Shown here: piece after piece, positions 31,030-42,814 of the stretch | Layout: each line of letters opens with the position of its first letter | How positions within the stretch are numbered: position 1 is the stretch's first letter | Origin: an uncultured Planctomycetota bacterium | GTDB taxonomy: Bacteria; Planctomycetota; Planctomycetia; Isosphaerales; Isosphaeraceae | Length of the DNA stretch: 64,000 bases | Direction of reading: 5' to 3' | Assembly: GCA_963845755.1 (NCBI GenBank) | Contig: CAWJTV010000040.1 | Span: forward strand, 64,001 to 128,000 | Made by a program: the position numbers and the translations under genes | Notes under the pieces: model-generated | The model's database searches: none | What the model saw: only the letters and a program-made list of their open reading frames with translations | Told to the model about the DNA's origin: nothing

Positions 31030-32561
31030 GTACCCGTTCATGGGGCGTGATAGCTGGAATTAGGCGGCCTCGATCTTTGGTGGAGTCACCGGGACGAGGG
31101 AGGGGATCGATTGGTTGCTCCGAGCCGCTTCAAAGCACGATGTCAGGTAGCCCAGCACGTCTCGTCCCTGCTGCCGGCACGTGGCCACCACGGTCAACAT
31201 CCGCTCGACGAACCGGCTCCCCTCGCGCTGTCGGTCCCCCCGCTGATCCGCCGCCAGATCACGGCGTGCCGCTCGGCGCCTCCGCCGCATTGTTGTCGGG
31301 AGGCACCCCCTCGACCCGCGCGAAGGTCCACAAGCTCCCCTCCACGCGCAGGATCTCGGCGCACATCCCGCGCGTCCGCGGACATCCGCACCGCGCACCG
31401 TCGTCCAGCGCCGCTTTGACCTCGCGCCTCACCCGGGTCATCGTCGCGCGGAATCGCCCCCGATCCACCCGCTCGGCCTCGAGGCGATGCCACCAGCGGT
31501 ACAACCGATCCGACAGCCTCAACAGTCGTCGGCCGATCGGTTCGGCCGCCCCGCCGCGGTCGATCATCGCCTGGAAATCGCGGCGGAGATGGCTCCAGCA
31601 GATCTGCCGGCCGGCCGCGGCGATCCAGTCGTAGGAACTGCAACGGTCGGTCACCGCGATCGAGCCGTCGTGCGTCCCCAGGACCGCTCGGGCCACCTTG
31701 GCGGTGCGGTTGCGGGCGATGGTGAAGACGGTGAACATCGCGGTCACCGCCGCCCAAAGCCAGGCCTTGCGCCGCTCCTCCCGCCAGGAGGTCTCGTCGG
31801 CATGGATCACCTCCGCCGTGTGGACGGCGACGGCCAGCTCGTTATAGGGGGCCTCCAGCACGGCGGCCGATTGTCGCTCCAGCTTGGAGATCATCCCGGT
31901 GGAGATCGACAGCCCCAACAGATCGCCGGCGAGTTGCTGGATCTGCCGCTTGCTGAGGCGGTAGGCGCCGGCCAGGGTCGCCAGCACGGCCTGAGTGTAC
32001 GGGCTGAAGTGGCTGGTGGAGACCCCCTCGGGGAGGGTCGCACACGTGGTCGTCCCACAGTCCGGACAAGCGAGCCGATGCAGCCGGTATTCGTCCACGA
32101 GTGGCTCGATCCCGGGGCAGGTCGGCGACCTGATGGATCAAGGGTGTGGGATCCTCGCCGTGCAGCGCATGGCCGCAGCGACGACAGGCCCCGGGCCGAC
32201 GATCGGTGGACGATCGGAGCTCCTCGGGAGGGACCAGGGCGCGGAACGCCTTGCGATGGCCGGGTTGTCCGCCGCGTTTGCGCCGCGAAGGCGGAGTCGG
32301 CGGCTTTCGTTTCAGGCCGATCGGGTCGGAAGAGGGGGGCTTGGAGGAATTCGTCGAGTTGAGTCCGAGCCGGGCCCGGAGATCGCGCACGGTGGTCTTC
32401 AACTCGGCGATCTCATCCCGGAGCACATTCCAGGCATCGAGGAGGGCGGCTTGCGCGTCCTCGGGCACGGTGCTCCAGAGTGGCTCAGGGATCGGAAGCT
32501 GCTGACTCATATACAGTAATACGAACTAACTGTACAAATTGTTCGGGGTGTGAACGGCTAC
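31030..32561 (-). mobile_element. IS66 family, single-ORF (ISBst12-like) element; transposase ~31060-32510 frameshifted
   Basis: IRs GTACCCGTTCA / GTAGCCGTTCA. 8-bp TSD CGGGCGTC. Motifs NSSKPPSSD, GGQPGH, HADET, ICWSHLRRDF, DNNAAE. Confidence 0.95.
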
Positions 32562-32668
32562 CGGGCGTCCGGTCGCATGAGCAATAGCAATTGCATCTAT
32601 CGGGGCAACGCCGGTGATGGGCAGCCTCCAGGCCGTCACAGACGTTATATTCACCAAATTCTGACGCG

Positions 32669-32696
32669 AGCGAACATAACTTCCATTATCGGACGT
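32669..32696 (-). other. dif-like (Xer-type) recombination site
   Basis: ACGTCCGATAA-TGGAAG-TTATGTTCGCT (11-6-11). Arms identical to 59497-59524. Confidence 0.75.
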
Positions 32697-33157
32697 AGGG
32701 GACAGCAAGAAGACCGTGGCGGCGAGATGCAATTCTCTCGACGGCGTTGAGAGTTTGGCAACGCGGTCGGTTCGCAGTCGGGCGGCGATCCCGAACACAG
32801 TTCGCTTTCTTCCAAGCAGGGTATCAGGTGGCGCAAGGCGAAACAGCGGGTCTTGCCCATATTCTCGGCCGACATAGCCAACCAGGAGTGGGAGGTGGAA
32901 ATCTCGCCGAGTTCGCGTTATGACACAGAAGGCGAACTGGTGGGAAGCGCGTTGCGCTTCCGCTCAACTCGGCGTCGGGCTGACCTCCGGGAGCCTTCGG
33001 GCCGTTCTTACTCCTTCCTTCGGCACAACCTCGGACAGGTGCAAGTTCGCTTTCCGATCCTCCGCCCCCTTCTCAGAATTCCGAAAGAAAATCTGCGCCG
33101 CGGTCCGGGTCGGACTCACATTCATTATAGAGCACGGGCACGAGGGGATTCCGACAC

Positions 33158-36067
33158 ATGGCCATCGAGACGCTGGGCGCCGCCCTGCGACAGATCAACC
33201 GCTTGTTCGCCGGCGGCGTGATCACGGGGCTCTCCGACGCGCAGCTCCTCGAGCGTTTCCTCTCCCACGGGGACGCCGGGTCCTTCGAAGCGCTCGTGGG
33301 GCGGCACGGACCGATGGTCCTGAGCGTCTGCCGGGGGATCCTCCGCGATCCGCACGATGCCGAGGACGCCTTCCAGGCGACCTTCCTGGTCCTGGTCAAG
33401 ACGGGCGGTACAATCCGGGGAGGAGATGCCTTGGCGGGCTGGCTGCACCGGGTCGCGCGTCGCGTCGCGAACCAGGCCAATGTCGCCTCGGCCCGGCGGC
33501 GCAGGCTCGAAAGTCAGGTGGGACAGATGGCTGTCGCGACTTCAACGAATGGCCCGGCCGCCTCGGATGAATTGATCCCGGTGCTGCATGAGGAGATCGA
33601 CCGGCTGCCCGAGAAGTACCGTCTCGCGCTCGTCTACTGTGACCTGGAGGGTATGACCCAGGCGCAGGCCGCCGGGCAATTGCACTGGAGCAGACGGACG
33701 CTTCAACACCGGCTGGCCGAAGGGCGTGCTCGGCTCCGGCGCCGACTGGCCCGACGCGGGCTAGCACCCGACGGCGCGGCTCTGGGCGCGGTGTTGCTGC
33801 GCAAGGCGCGGGCCGCCGTGCCGGCCGCCTGGAGCGAAGCGACCGTCCGTGCCGCGGTCGCCTTCGCGAACCCCACAATGACCGTTTGGGCCGTCTCGCC
33901 GGCGGCCCGGGAATTGACCCGGGAGGTATTCAAGGTCATGTTGCTCCAGAAGCTCACACTGGCGTCACTCGCGTTTCTGGCGGCCGGCCTGACCGTCTGG
34001 GGCGCGTCGGCCGCCTTGGTCTCGCTCCAGGACGGGCCCTCGCCGAAGTCGGCCGCGGGACCGAGTCCTTCCATACAACGGCAGGCTGAGGCCGCGTTCC
34101 CACAGCCCGGACCGACTCCGTCCGAGACACCCGGTAAGGTCAAGGTTGGCGGGCGGGTACTCGGGCCGGATGGTCGGCCCATCGCGGGTGCGAAGATCTA
34201 CCGCGCCCGGCCCTCGGCGATTCCCTCTGGCACTCGGACCCGTCGCGCGAGTCCGCGACGACCGGACGGGACGGCGGCTTCCAGTTCCGCGCCAGCCGGT
34301 GGGCTGATTTCACGATCGACAACGTGAAACTCCGATATGAGAGGACCGTCGTCGCAGCGGCGGCGGTCGGCTACGGGGTCACCTGGGCGGAAGTTCCCCC
34401 GGGGGGCCGGAGTGACGGCCTGTCGCTTCAACTCGTCGAGGACCGGCCGATCACCGGCCAGGTCGTCGATCTCGAAGGCAAGCCGGTCCCCGGCGCGACG
34501 CTCCGGGTGCTGGAGATCCGCGCCGCGGCCGGGGAAGACCTCGGTCCCTGGCTCGAAGCCGTCAGGGCCAGGAGGGGGACACGCTACCAGCTCGAGCAGA
34601 AGTACCTTCCGCGGAGCACCATCACGCCGGCCCCGAAGCTCACCGCCGATGCCGAAGGGCGTTTCCGGCTCACCGGCATCGGACGCGACCGCCTCGTCGT
34701 GGCGCAGACTCGACGGCCCGACCATCGCCAGCCAGGAGCTCAGGATCCTGACGCGCCCGGGAGAGGCCCTCACCGTGGCCCCGTTCCGGTTCCCGGCCGA
34801 AGGGACCACGACCTACTACGCGGCCGATTTCCGGCATGCGGCGGCCCCGACCAGGCCAATCGCCGGCGTGGTCCGCGACAAGGACACGAAGGAGCCGCTG
34901 GCCGGGATCATCATCATGAGCATCCAAATGGCTGATCACCGGTGGTCTGGCCATCAGATGGTCCAGACCACGACCGACGCCGAGGGACACTATCTGCTGC
35001 TGGGCATGCCCAAAGGGGAAGGGAACCGGATCAAGGTCCTCCCGGACAAAGACCGGCCGTACATCGTCTCCTACAAGGACGTCCCCGATCGTCCCGGGCT
35101 GGACCCGGTCACGGCCGATGTTGAGCTGAGGCGCGGCATCTGGATCGAGGGCAGGCTGACCGACAAGGTGACCGGCAAGCCCTTGGTCGGGCCCGTGCGA
35201 TATTACCCTCAAGCCGGCAACCCGAACATCGAGGCTTACGGCTATATCCCCGGTGCGAGTTCCTATGCCGCGGCCGGCGAGGACGGATCCTACCGCCTGG
35301 CTGGCATGCCGGGACCCGGCCTGGTCGCCGTGCCTTACCCACTCGGCCCGGTCGGCGTCCGTTTCGTGGACGGCTACCTCAGGGCCAACGAACGGGACGA
35401 CGAGTTCGGGGCCGAGGAGATCTACCTGCCGACGATCTCGGCACCCACCATGAATTACTGCGCCATCGCCCGGATCGACGCGGCCACGGGTGCGAGATCG
35501 GTCAAGCGTGACCTGACGGTCGACCCGGGCTTGACCTTCAAGGGGACGGTGCTCGGACCGGACGGCCGGCCCCTGGCCGGGGCGTGGGGCGTCGGCCTGA
35601 CCGCCCGGGGGAACTTCTCGGACAAAGACTGGGAGATGATGAAGACCGCCGAGTTCACGGTCAGCGGTTACGACCCACATCGGCCGCGGCCCCTCCTCTT
35701 CCAGCATCCGGAGAAGGGGCTGGTCGGAGTGGCCCAGCCCCCAAAGAACGAGGGCGATTCGATCACCGTGCAACTCCGGCCCGGCGTGACGGTCGAGGGC
35801 CGGCTGGTCAACCCGGACGGGCGGGCGCGGCCCAGCGTGGAACTGGTCATCCGGCGCCACTACAAGGAGCCCGTTCAGCCAGACGCCGTCATGTATTTCC
35901 CCACGCGAAGTAAGACGGATCAGCAGGGTCGGTTCCTCATCAAGGGTCTGTTGCCCCAGCAGGAGTTCATCCTGTTCGATGGGAAAGAAGGCGAACGGCC
36001 CCTGGGCGAGGGACTCCGTTCGGGGGAGACGAAGGACCTGGGCGACGTGACGCTCGGGAGTGAGTGA
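33158..36067 (+). CDS. planctomycete ECF sigma factor with TM and carboxypeptidase-regulatory-like repeats (frameshifted)
   Basis: SDAQLLERF, RHGPMV, DAEDAFQATFLVL, LPEKYR; repeated G.V.GPDGRP / TTDAEG.Y units. Confidence 0.88.
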
Positions 36068-36199
36068 CGAGCGGAGGCCGGACGAGCCGGGGGTGTCGGA
36101 CCGAAGTTGAGATCCCCGCTCGCCGAGGGGGCCGGAAGTTGAAAACGAGCGATCTATGAGACCACCATCGGATCCCAAGACCCCACGATCGTCGGACCC

Positions 36200-36720
36200 G
36201 TCGGGCGCCTTACAGGATGATGCTCGCTATCCGCGGGCGCCTTGGCCTCGCGCCTGTAACTGATCCCCCCGGCTCCTCAAGGGCGGCCAGGACACGACCA
36301 TCTTCTACACACTCCAGCCGGGCTACGATACTCACTCCGCCCAGCTCCTCGCGCACAGCAACCTCCTCCGCGAGCTCTCCGATGCCCTGAAGGCGTTCCT
36401 CGACGACCTGGCCGCGGCCGGGCTGGCGGACCGGGTGGCGGTGTTGCTCTTCAGCGAGTTCGGCCGGACCGTCGCCGAGAACGGCTCGGCCGGCACCGAC
36501 CACGGCACGTCGGGCCCCGTCTTCCTCGCCGGACCGAATGTCCGGGGTGGTCTCGTGGGGGCGACACCGAGCTTGCTCGATCTGGACCCGAAGTTCGGCG
36601 ACCTCAGGACGACCATCGACTTCCGCCGGATCTACGCCCCCATCCTCGACGATTGGCTCGGCCTGCGATCGAAGCAAGCCCTGGGCGGCGCGTTCTCGCG
36701 AGCGCCTCGCTGTGAAGAAT
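36200..36720 (+). pseudogene. DUF1501 protein C-terminal fragment
   Basis: FSEFGRTVAENGSAGTDHG...DFRRIYA.ILDDWLG. Confidence 0.8.
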
Positions 36721-36729
36721 TCGTGAAGA

Positions 36730-36766
36730 CAATGGCCCATTTTGTCGCGAATCGTTGCCATACCCC
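36730..36766 (-). repeat. solo transposon-end-like repeat, copy 1
   Basis: GGGGTATGGCAACGATTCGCGACAAAATGGGCCATTG. 34/36 identical to 59447-59482. Confidence 0.7.
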
Positions 36767-36955
36767 ATCCACGGTAGGCCCGGCTCCGGTGACGGTGAAG
36801 TCCTGGTGGATCAGGGCGTTGGCCACCAGTTCGCGGACGGCCAGCTCAGGGTACATGCGGACGGTCGTCCGGAGCGCCTGGCCGATCTGCTCAGTCTGCG
36901 GGACCTGGTCATTGATGTAGCCGATCATTTCCTCGAAGCCGACCGCGTACCAGAG
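36767..36955 (-). pseudogene. internal fragment of an AlbA/RecG-C-like ATP-binding regulator
   Basis: MYPELAVRELVANALIHQDF motif. Confidence 0.7.
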
Positions 36956-37282
36956 GTCCTCACAGCCGCTCCCGGATCTCCCGGGCAAGGCAGACCCGAC
37001 ACGCCGGCCGATGAGCCAGCCGGCCGATGAGCCAGAGGAGCGGCCAGAACAGCACGAGCCCCGATGGGAGGCGTGGGAGGTCCCCCATGTAATGGAGCGT
37101 CCGTCGGCCGCATCGCCGACAGTAGCGGATTGTTCTCACGAATCGAGCCCCCTCCACCCCACATGCCGAGCAACTCCGGCCGCGCTCAGCGGGCCAGGAG
37201 GGCAAAACTTTATTCAGAAGTTGGTTGCCCAAAGGCTCGCCGCGCCTGATCCTTCCCGTGGACGATCGCGGTGCGCGCAAAG

Positions 37283-37313
37283 AAGAACCCGGGTTGCCCC
37301 CCGGGTTCTTTGT
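37283..37313. terminator. 11-bp stem hairpin, possible intrinsic terminator
   Basis: AAGAACCCGGG-TTGCCC-CCCGGGTTCTT. Confidence 0.5.
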
Positions 37314-37673
37314 GTGGTCAAACCCCCAAGAGTGTCATTTCGAGGAGACTGACCCCAATGCAATCCAAAGGAATTCTAGAACGTGGGACGGAATCTGCAA
37401 TAGGGGCCCCCGAACCCCGTCGGCGAAGGCTGCCATGGAGGGTGGTACCCGCCTTCTTCCAGCGGGTTCGGGGCACTCCCGACAAGACCAGACAAACCTT
37501 GGCCACGGCGCACCCATTCGTCGGATCGACCGAAGTGTCAAAGGGCCGCCGCCGCGGATCTACGACAGGCGAGGGGGAAGTGACCAGCAACTTCGTCGAA
37601 CTGAATCTCCGCCTCGATGAACGAGGTTGTCGGGTGCCGCTCGATGAAACCACGTATCCGGAATTGTAGGTGG

Positions 37674-38138
37674 TCAGGGATGGCTGTTCGGGTCTTCGAC
37701 GGTCAGCCCTTCGGCGGTGGCGGCGGTGTTGAGGTCGCGGTCGGCGGAGACGAAGACGAACGCGCCCAGGCGGTTGGCGGACCAATCCCGGTAAACGTCG
37801 AGGGCGGCGGCGAGCTGGACGGCGTCATAGGCGCGGAGACGGTGCTTGTTCGCCAGCGTCATGGCGTCGTTTATCAGGGCTGGCGTGATCTGCGAGGGGA
37901 AGTAGCGCCCGGCCAGATGCGTACGGAACCGCGAGAGGAGTAAGGAGGCTTTCGCCGCCGAAAGCTTCCCGCCCCGGTGCCGGGCGATGGCGGACGTCAC
38001 TTCGACGGCAGTGATGAGCGAAATATAAATATCCGTGGATGACAGGCGGCGCGTGATGCCGCGCACCCACGCCGTGCCGGTTTCCCGGACGTCACGCTTG
38101 ACCAGGGCGCTGGAATCAACGAAGTAGGCAGTCGCCAT
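37674..38138 (-). CDS. vapC: type II TA PIN-domain toxin
   Basis: YFVDSSALVK, ITAVEV, LRAYDAVQLA, FVSADRDL. Confidence 0.92.
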   Translation of the reverse strand: MATAYFVDSSALVKRDVRETGTAWVRGITRRLSSTDIYISLITAVEVTSAIARHRGGKLSAAKASLLLSRFRTHLAGRYFPSQITPALINDAMTLANKHRLRAYDAVQLAAALDVYRDWSANRLGAFVFVSADRDLNTAATAEGLTVEDPNSHP

Positions 38139-38140
38139 AG

Positions 38141-38473
38141 TCAGCGCCGCTCGCGGATGATGGTTTCCGACAGCGGCTCGCCCTCGATGGTGATCGGCTG
38201 ATCGTCGGGATCGTCGTCATCAAGGTCAAGGGCGGGATTGGGCAGCGAAGCAAGGCGTCCCTCCGCCAGTAGCCGCTGATTGAACTCGTCGCGCGTCATA
38301 GGCTTCTTTCTGGCCGGTGGCGCAGCGGGCTTGGCTCGTTTGGCAGACGCCGGGGACACGAGCTTCTTCGGCTGGGCGAGTTGGCGGTCGAGCTGCTGGC
38401 GGAGCTGGCGGAGCTGCTCCGGTGACAGGCCCTCGATGCTGCTCAGGAGGTGGTTGAAGTCGCTATGCGTCAT
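38141..38473 (-). CDS. putative cognate antitoxin
   Basis: Ends 2 nt before the toxin. C-terminal GEPLSETIIRERR motif. Confidence 0.8.
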   Translation of the reverse strand: MTHSDFNHLLSSIEGLSPEQLRQLRQQLDRQLAQPKKLVSPASAKRAKPAAPPARKKPMTRDEFNQRLLAEGRLASLPNPALDLDDDDPDDQPITIEGEPLSETIIRERR

Positions 38474-38592
38474 GGGGTGGTACTCATCATCAGTTCGTTA
38501 TCATTAACGTACAGGTTACCATGGCTGGGGACGTTTGCCAAGCCGGGGCTGGGGAATCGTGGCAGGTCAAGCATCGCTGCTTGTCTCGCCGG

Positions 38593-38626
38593 GTTGTCCT
38601 TGATAAAGGACGTTATCAAGGATAAC
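38593..38626 (+). other. tyrosine recombinase core site (left)
   Basis: GTTGTCCTTGATAA-AGGACG-TTATCAAGGATAAC: 14-bp inverted arms (13/14 match) around a 6-bp spacer. Confidence 0.8.
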
Positions 38627-38643
38627 CAGCGAGGGACGGACAG

Positions 38644-39630
38644 ATGGACGGCGAGGTGTTGCCGGCGGTGATACGGTCAGGCGGTGCAGAAGTGATTCCG
38701 GCGGTAGTGGTCGAGGCGGGCAGTGCCGCCCGCTTCGTCTGGGAGGAGTTCTTCGTTGGGGAAATCCGCAACCGGCATACGCGGCGGGCCTACGCTCACG
38801 CCGTGCGGCGGTTCCTTGCGTGGTGCGAGGCCGAGGGAGCGACGCTGCAACAGGTCACGCCGGGACTGGTGGGGCGATACCTCGACCGGCACCCGGGCGG
38901 CATCCCGACCAGGAAGCAGCATCTGGCGGCCCTTCGCGGCTTCTTCGACATGCTCGTACTGCGGCATGTCGTCGTGCTGAACCCGGCCGCCTCGGTGCGC
39001 GCCGAGCGCTATCAGGTCGAGGAAGGCAAGACGCCGGAAATCACGGCAGCGCAGGCCCGAACGCTTTTTCATTCGATCGGCCCCGGCGATGTGGCCGGCC
39101 TGCGCGACCGGGCGATCATCGCCGTACTCATCTTCACCGCCGCCCGCGTTGGGGCAGTCGCCAGGCTGAGGCTCGATAGCCTGTCGCCGGGCGAGGGGCA
39201 GGCCAGCCTGCGGTTCGACGAGAAGGGCGGCAAGTGTCGCGACATCCCTCTGCGGGCCGATCTGGGGCAGTATCTGTTCGCCTATCTGGAGGCGGCGGGG
39301 CTGCACGGCCCCGCCGAGGGTCCGATGTTCCGCACGGCGAAAGGCCGGTCAGGCAACCTGTCGGCACGGGCGATGTCGGCGGGCGATGTCGGATGCATGC
39401 TCAAGCGTCGGCTGAAGGCCGCCGGGCTGCCAGAGCACCTGTCGCCACACTCGTTCAGGGTGGCGACGGCGACGAATCTGCTTGGAAAAGGCGTTCCGCT
39501 CGAAGAAGTGCAACACCTGCTTGGCCATGCCGACCCGCGGACGACGCGGCTCTACGACCGGCGGGCGAAGAAGGTGTCGCGCAGATGGTTGACCGGATTT
39601 CGATCCTGGATGCGGACTAGGCCGCGTTAG
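38644..39630 (+). CDS. tyrosine recombinase/integrase
   Basis: RNRHTRRAY, RDRAII...TAARVGA, EKGGK, HSFRV, LGHADPRTTRLY. Likely frameshift in the last codons. Confidence 0.93.
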   Translation: MDGEVLPAVIRSGGAEVIPAVVVEAGSAARFVWEEFFVGEIRNRHTRRAYAHAVRRFLAWCEAEGATLQQVTPGLVGRYLDRHPGGIPTRKQHLAALRGFFDMLVLRHVVVLNPAASVRAERYQVEEGKTPEITAAQARTLFHSIGPGDVAGLRDRAIIAVLIFTAARVGAVARLRLDSLSPGEGQASLRFDEKGGKCRDIPLRADLGQYLFAYLEAAGLHGPAEGPMFRTAKGRSGNLSARAMSAGDVGCMLKRRLKAAGLPEHLSPHSFRVATATNLLGKGVPLEEVQHLLGHADPRTTRLYDRRAKKVSRRWLTGFRSWMRTRPR

Positions 39631-39670
39631 CCATTCATTAAGGATTCTGGCATACCATGGGATAAACGTA

Positions 39671-39687
39671 ATAACGTCCTTTATCAA
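39671..39687 (-). other. tyrosine recombinase core site (right, inverted)
   Basis: ATAACGTCCTTTATCAA is the exact reverse complement of 38600-38616. Confidence 0.8.
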
Positions 39688-39689
39688 TT

Positions 39690-40169
39690 ATGACACAGCC
39701 AGGCAAGGCGATGAAATCAGGACGCAGCTTAAGCTATTGGCAACTGACACCGGAGCAGAAGCAATGGCTTCGCGGCGCCGGAAGCGTCGTCCTGGCCCGG
39801 ACGATGGGCCTTTTCGCGGCGGCGATCGTCGGCACCGCGATAGCGGTCCTCGCCATGGATTCCTTGTTGCGTGACCATGACGCAGCGGCGTACTGGCGCC
39901 TGGCGGAGGGCATGGCGGTCGTTCTTCTGGGCCTGTTCGTTCACCTGGGACAGCGGTGGGCGTCCCTCGGCCTGATGGCGTTGTATACGATCGACCGGAT
40001 CACCGGCAACCTAGCCGCATACAGGCACGGCGATGCGTACTACGTCGGCCATCTCGGATTCTGGCTGTTCATCGGGGCGCTGGCCTGGGCGGCCTGGATG
40101 CGGGTCTTCTCGGTTGCTTACCGGGCCGAGCTGCGGCAGTTGGCCGGGGGCGAGCCGGTTTCATGCTGA
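39690..40169 (+). CDS. membrane protein (about 4 TM)
   Basis: Hydrophobic ORF that overlaps the next gene. Confidence 0.7.
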   Translation: MTQPGKAMKSGRSLSYWQLTPEQKQWLRGAGSVVLARTMGLFAAAIVGTAIAVLAMDSLLRDHDAAAYWRLAEGMAVVLLGLFVHLGQRWASLGLMALYTIDRITGNLAAYRHGDAYYVGHLGFWLFIGALAWAAWMRVFSVAYRAELRQLAGGEPVSC

Positions 40170-41904
40170 TCTGGATCAGCGTCCTCCTGCTCATCGCGGG
40201 TTATGCCCTGGAAGCGGTGCTGCCCGGCGGCGGGACGGGCGACGTCAACACCAAGTCCATGAACACCGTGACGAAGCTGGAGAAGGTCGAGCAGGCCATG
40301 ACCGGCTTCATGGAGAAGAACGGGCGCAGGCCCTGCCCCGCCGACGGGCAGTATGACGTCAACACCAAATATTTCGGGATCGAGGCGGCGAATTCGGGCA
40401 CCTGCACCGGCGGTACGCCGGTCGCCGATTTCGTAGGGACCAGTTCGAGCCCACCGGCAATACCACCAGCGGCTCCACCCTCGTCACCAGCATCGGTTCG
40501 ACCAGCGGGCTGTCGCCGGGCCTGGGCGTTTCGGGAGCCGGCATCCCGACGAACGACTATATTGCCAGCATCACCAGCTCGACGTCGGTGACGCTCAATG
40601 CCGCGGCCACCTCCACGGCCAGCGGCGTTTCGCTAGACCTTCACCAATTATGCGGTCGGCGGCGTCATCCCGACCAAATCGCTCGGGCTCGACGATTCGT
40701 ATGCCGTCAACGATTTCGGCCACCGCATCACCTATGTCGTTGACTCGCGGGCGACCTCGCAGACCGGGTGCCTGACTTTGGAGAACGCGCCGACCTTTAA
40801 CGGCACGGGCGGCCTCGCCATCGAAACCTCCACCGGCGGTACGCTGCTGAGCAATGCCATGGCCGCCTATGTCAGCCACGGGCCGGACGGCCACGGGCCT
40901 TCCCGGCGCAGGGCAGCACGGTGGCGGGGCGCATCAACAGCGGCTCGACCGACGCCGACGAACTGACCAACGCCGGGGTGAATTCCAGCTTCACCTACAG
41001 CCCGGCGATTTTCAGCAACGTGAAAGTGCAGAAGCCGAGGACCTCCACCTTCGACGACATCACCTATTACGCCAATTACCAGCAAAACACCTGCTGCGTC
41101 GGCGTCAAATGCGCCCTCCCGCCTTCCTACGGCTTCCGCGTCAACGGCACGGGCAATCAGGACCAGTTGGGCGGCGGCACTGTCGCCGTCGCCGACGTCA
41201 ACGGCGACGGCTATGCCGACCTGGTTACGATAGATGATAATAATATAATCTACGTCATTTTCGGCGGGCCGACGGGCATCACCAATCCGTTCACTCCCGG
41301 TGCGACCGGGGGCAACCTCAACGGCAGCAATGGCTTTACCCTCATAAACACCACCTGCCAGGGCAATTTTACCGTCGGCGACATCAACGGCGACGGCGCT
41401 GCCGATATCGTCGCAATAACGAACAACGGTGACAGCACCGCCGTGTTCTACGGGCAGAAATGCGGCGGGCAATGGCCGACGCCCTGCTCGGCGTCTTACG
41501 ACTGGGGGTCGATCACGGCCTGCCAGGGATTTTCCGTCAATGTCACCGGCGGTTCGCCCGATGAGGTCGCCGTCGGCGATGTCAACGGCGACGGCATCGG
41601 CGACCTCGTCATCAGTAATCCGCAGACCGGCCCGGGAGCGTCCGGCACCGTGACTTTCACCACCAATCCCACCAACAACGAAACGATTTCGCTGAACGGG
41701 CAGAGTTGGAAATTTACCACCGGCACGGCGGGATCTGGCAAAACGGTCATCCAGGGGACCCTCGCCGCGACGCTTACCCAACTGGCCTCCGACCTGAACG
41801 CATCCACCAATTCCAGTATTAATATCGCCTCCTATTCCGCCAGCGCCACGATGCTGACCGTCTCGTATTATTGGGGAGGAACGGCGGGCAATTCCTATGC
41901 CTTA

Positions 41905-42814
41905 GAGCGCTCGGAAAAAATGAATCCACTGGCACGCTGTCTGCTCTTGAGTCCTTCGGAGAGTGATCTCCCGAACCGAAGGAGGACCACCATGAAACCC
42001 CTTGTCTCCGATGCGCTGTGGAAGCGCCTGGAGCCCTTGCTGCCACCCCCGCCTCCGCGCCGCTTCCGCTTCCCGGGACGCAAACCCCTGGACTACCGCA
42101 AGATCCTCACCGGCATCTTGTTCGTGCTCAAGACCGGCATCGCCTGGGACGACTTGCCCGCCGACCTCGGCTGCGGCTGCGGCAAGACCTGCCGGTCCTA
42201 CCTGCAGGCGTGGCAGCAGGCCGGTGTCTGGCGCCAGTTGCACGCCGTCTTGCTGGCCGAGCTCAACGGCGCTGACGCGATCGACTGGGAGCGGGCGCTG
42301 ATCGACGCCTCCTTCGCCAAGGCCCCGGAAGGGGGCGAGGATACCGGCCCGAATCCGACGGACCGGAGCAAATCCGGCAGCAAGCACCACGTGATGACCG
42401 ACGCCCAAGGCGTGCCGCTGGCGGCGACGGTGACCGCCGCCAACGTCCCCGAGATCACCCAGGTCTTCACGACGCTCGACGACATGCCGCCGGTGGGCGG
42501 CAAGCCGGGGCCGAAGCGGCAGAAGCCCGACCGCTTGCAGGGGGATCGGGGCTACGACTCGGAACCGGTGCGGCAGGGTTTGCGCGGCCGGGGGACCACG
42601 CCGGTGCTGGCGGCCCGCAATACGGAGCACGGCAGCGGTTTGGGCAAGTCCCGCTGGTACGTAGAGCGGACCATCGCGTGGCTGCACTCCTTCGGCCGGC
42701 TGCGCCGCCGTTTGGATCGGCTCACCGAGATTCAAGACGCGTTCCTCAAGTTAGCATGTTCCTTGATCTGTTTGAGGCTCCTGGGCCAGTGAACTCATTT
42801 TTTCCGAGTCGCTC
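41905..42814 (+). mobile_element. IS5 family (IS1031-like) insertion sequence
   Basis: IRs GAGCG(A)CTCGGAAAAAATGA. TSD TTA at 41902-41904 and 42815-42817. Confidence 0.93.
41992..42792 (+). CDS. IS5 family transposase
   Basis: GIAWDDLP, LIDAS, GSKHHVMTDAQGVP, GDRGYD, RWYVERTIAWL. Confidence 0.95.
   Translation: MKPLVSDALWKRLEPLLPPPPPRRFRFPGRKPLDYRKILTGILFVLKTGIAWDDLPADLGCGCGKTCRSYLQAWQQAGVWRQLHAVLLAELNGADAIDWERALIDASFAKAPEGGEDTGPNPTDRSKSGSKHHVMTDAQGVPLAATVTAANVPEITQVFTTLDDMPPVGGKPGPKRQKPDRLQGDRGYDSEPVRQGLRGRGTTPVLAARNTEHGSGLGKSRWYVERTIAWLHSFGRLRRRLDRLTEIQDAFLKLACSLICLRLLGQ

Noticed and set aside
34670..36178. Long antisense ORFs (also 19523-20425, 47837-49102, 57652-58758)
   Set aside because: Shadow ORFs opposite real high-GC genes, with no recognisable motifs.
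40921..42792. Apparent FG-GAP-transposase fusion (623 aa)
   Set aside because: Chance in-frame read-through into IS5, which has its own IRs, TTA TSD, RBS and ATG at 41992.
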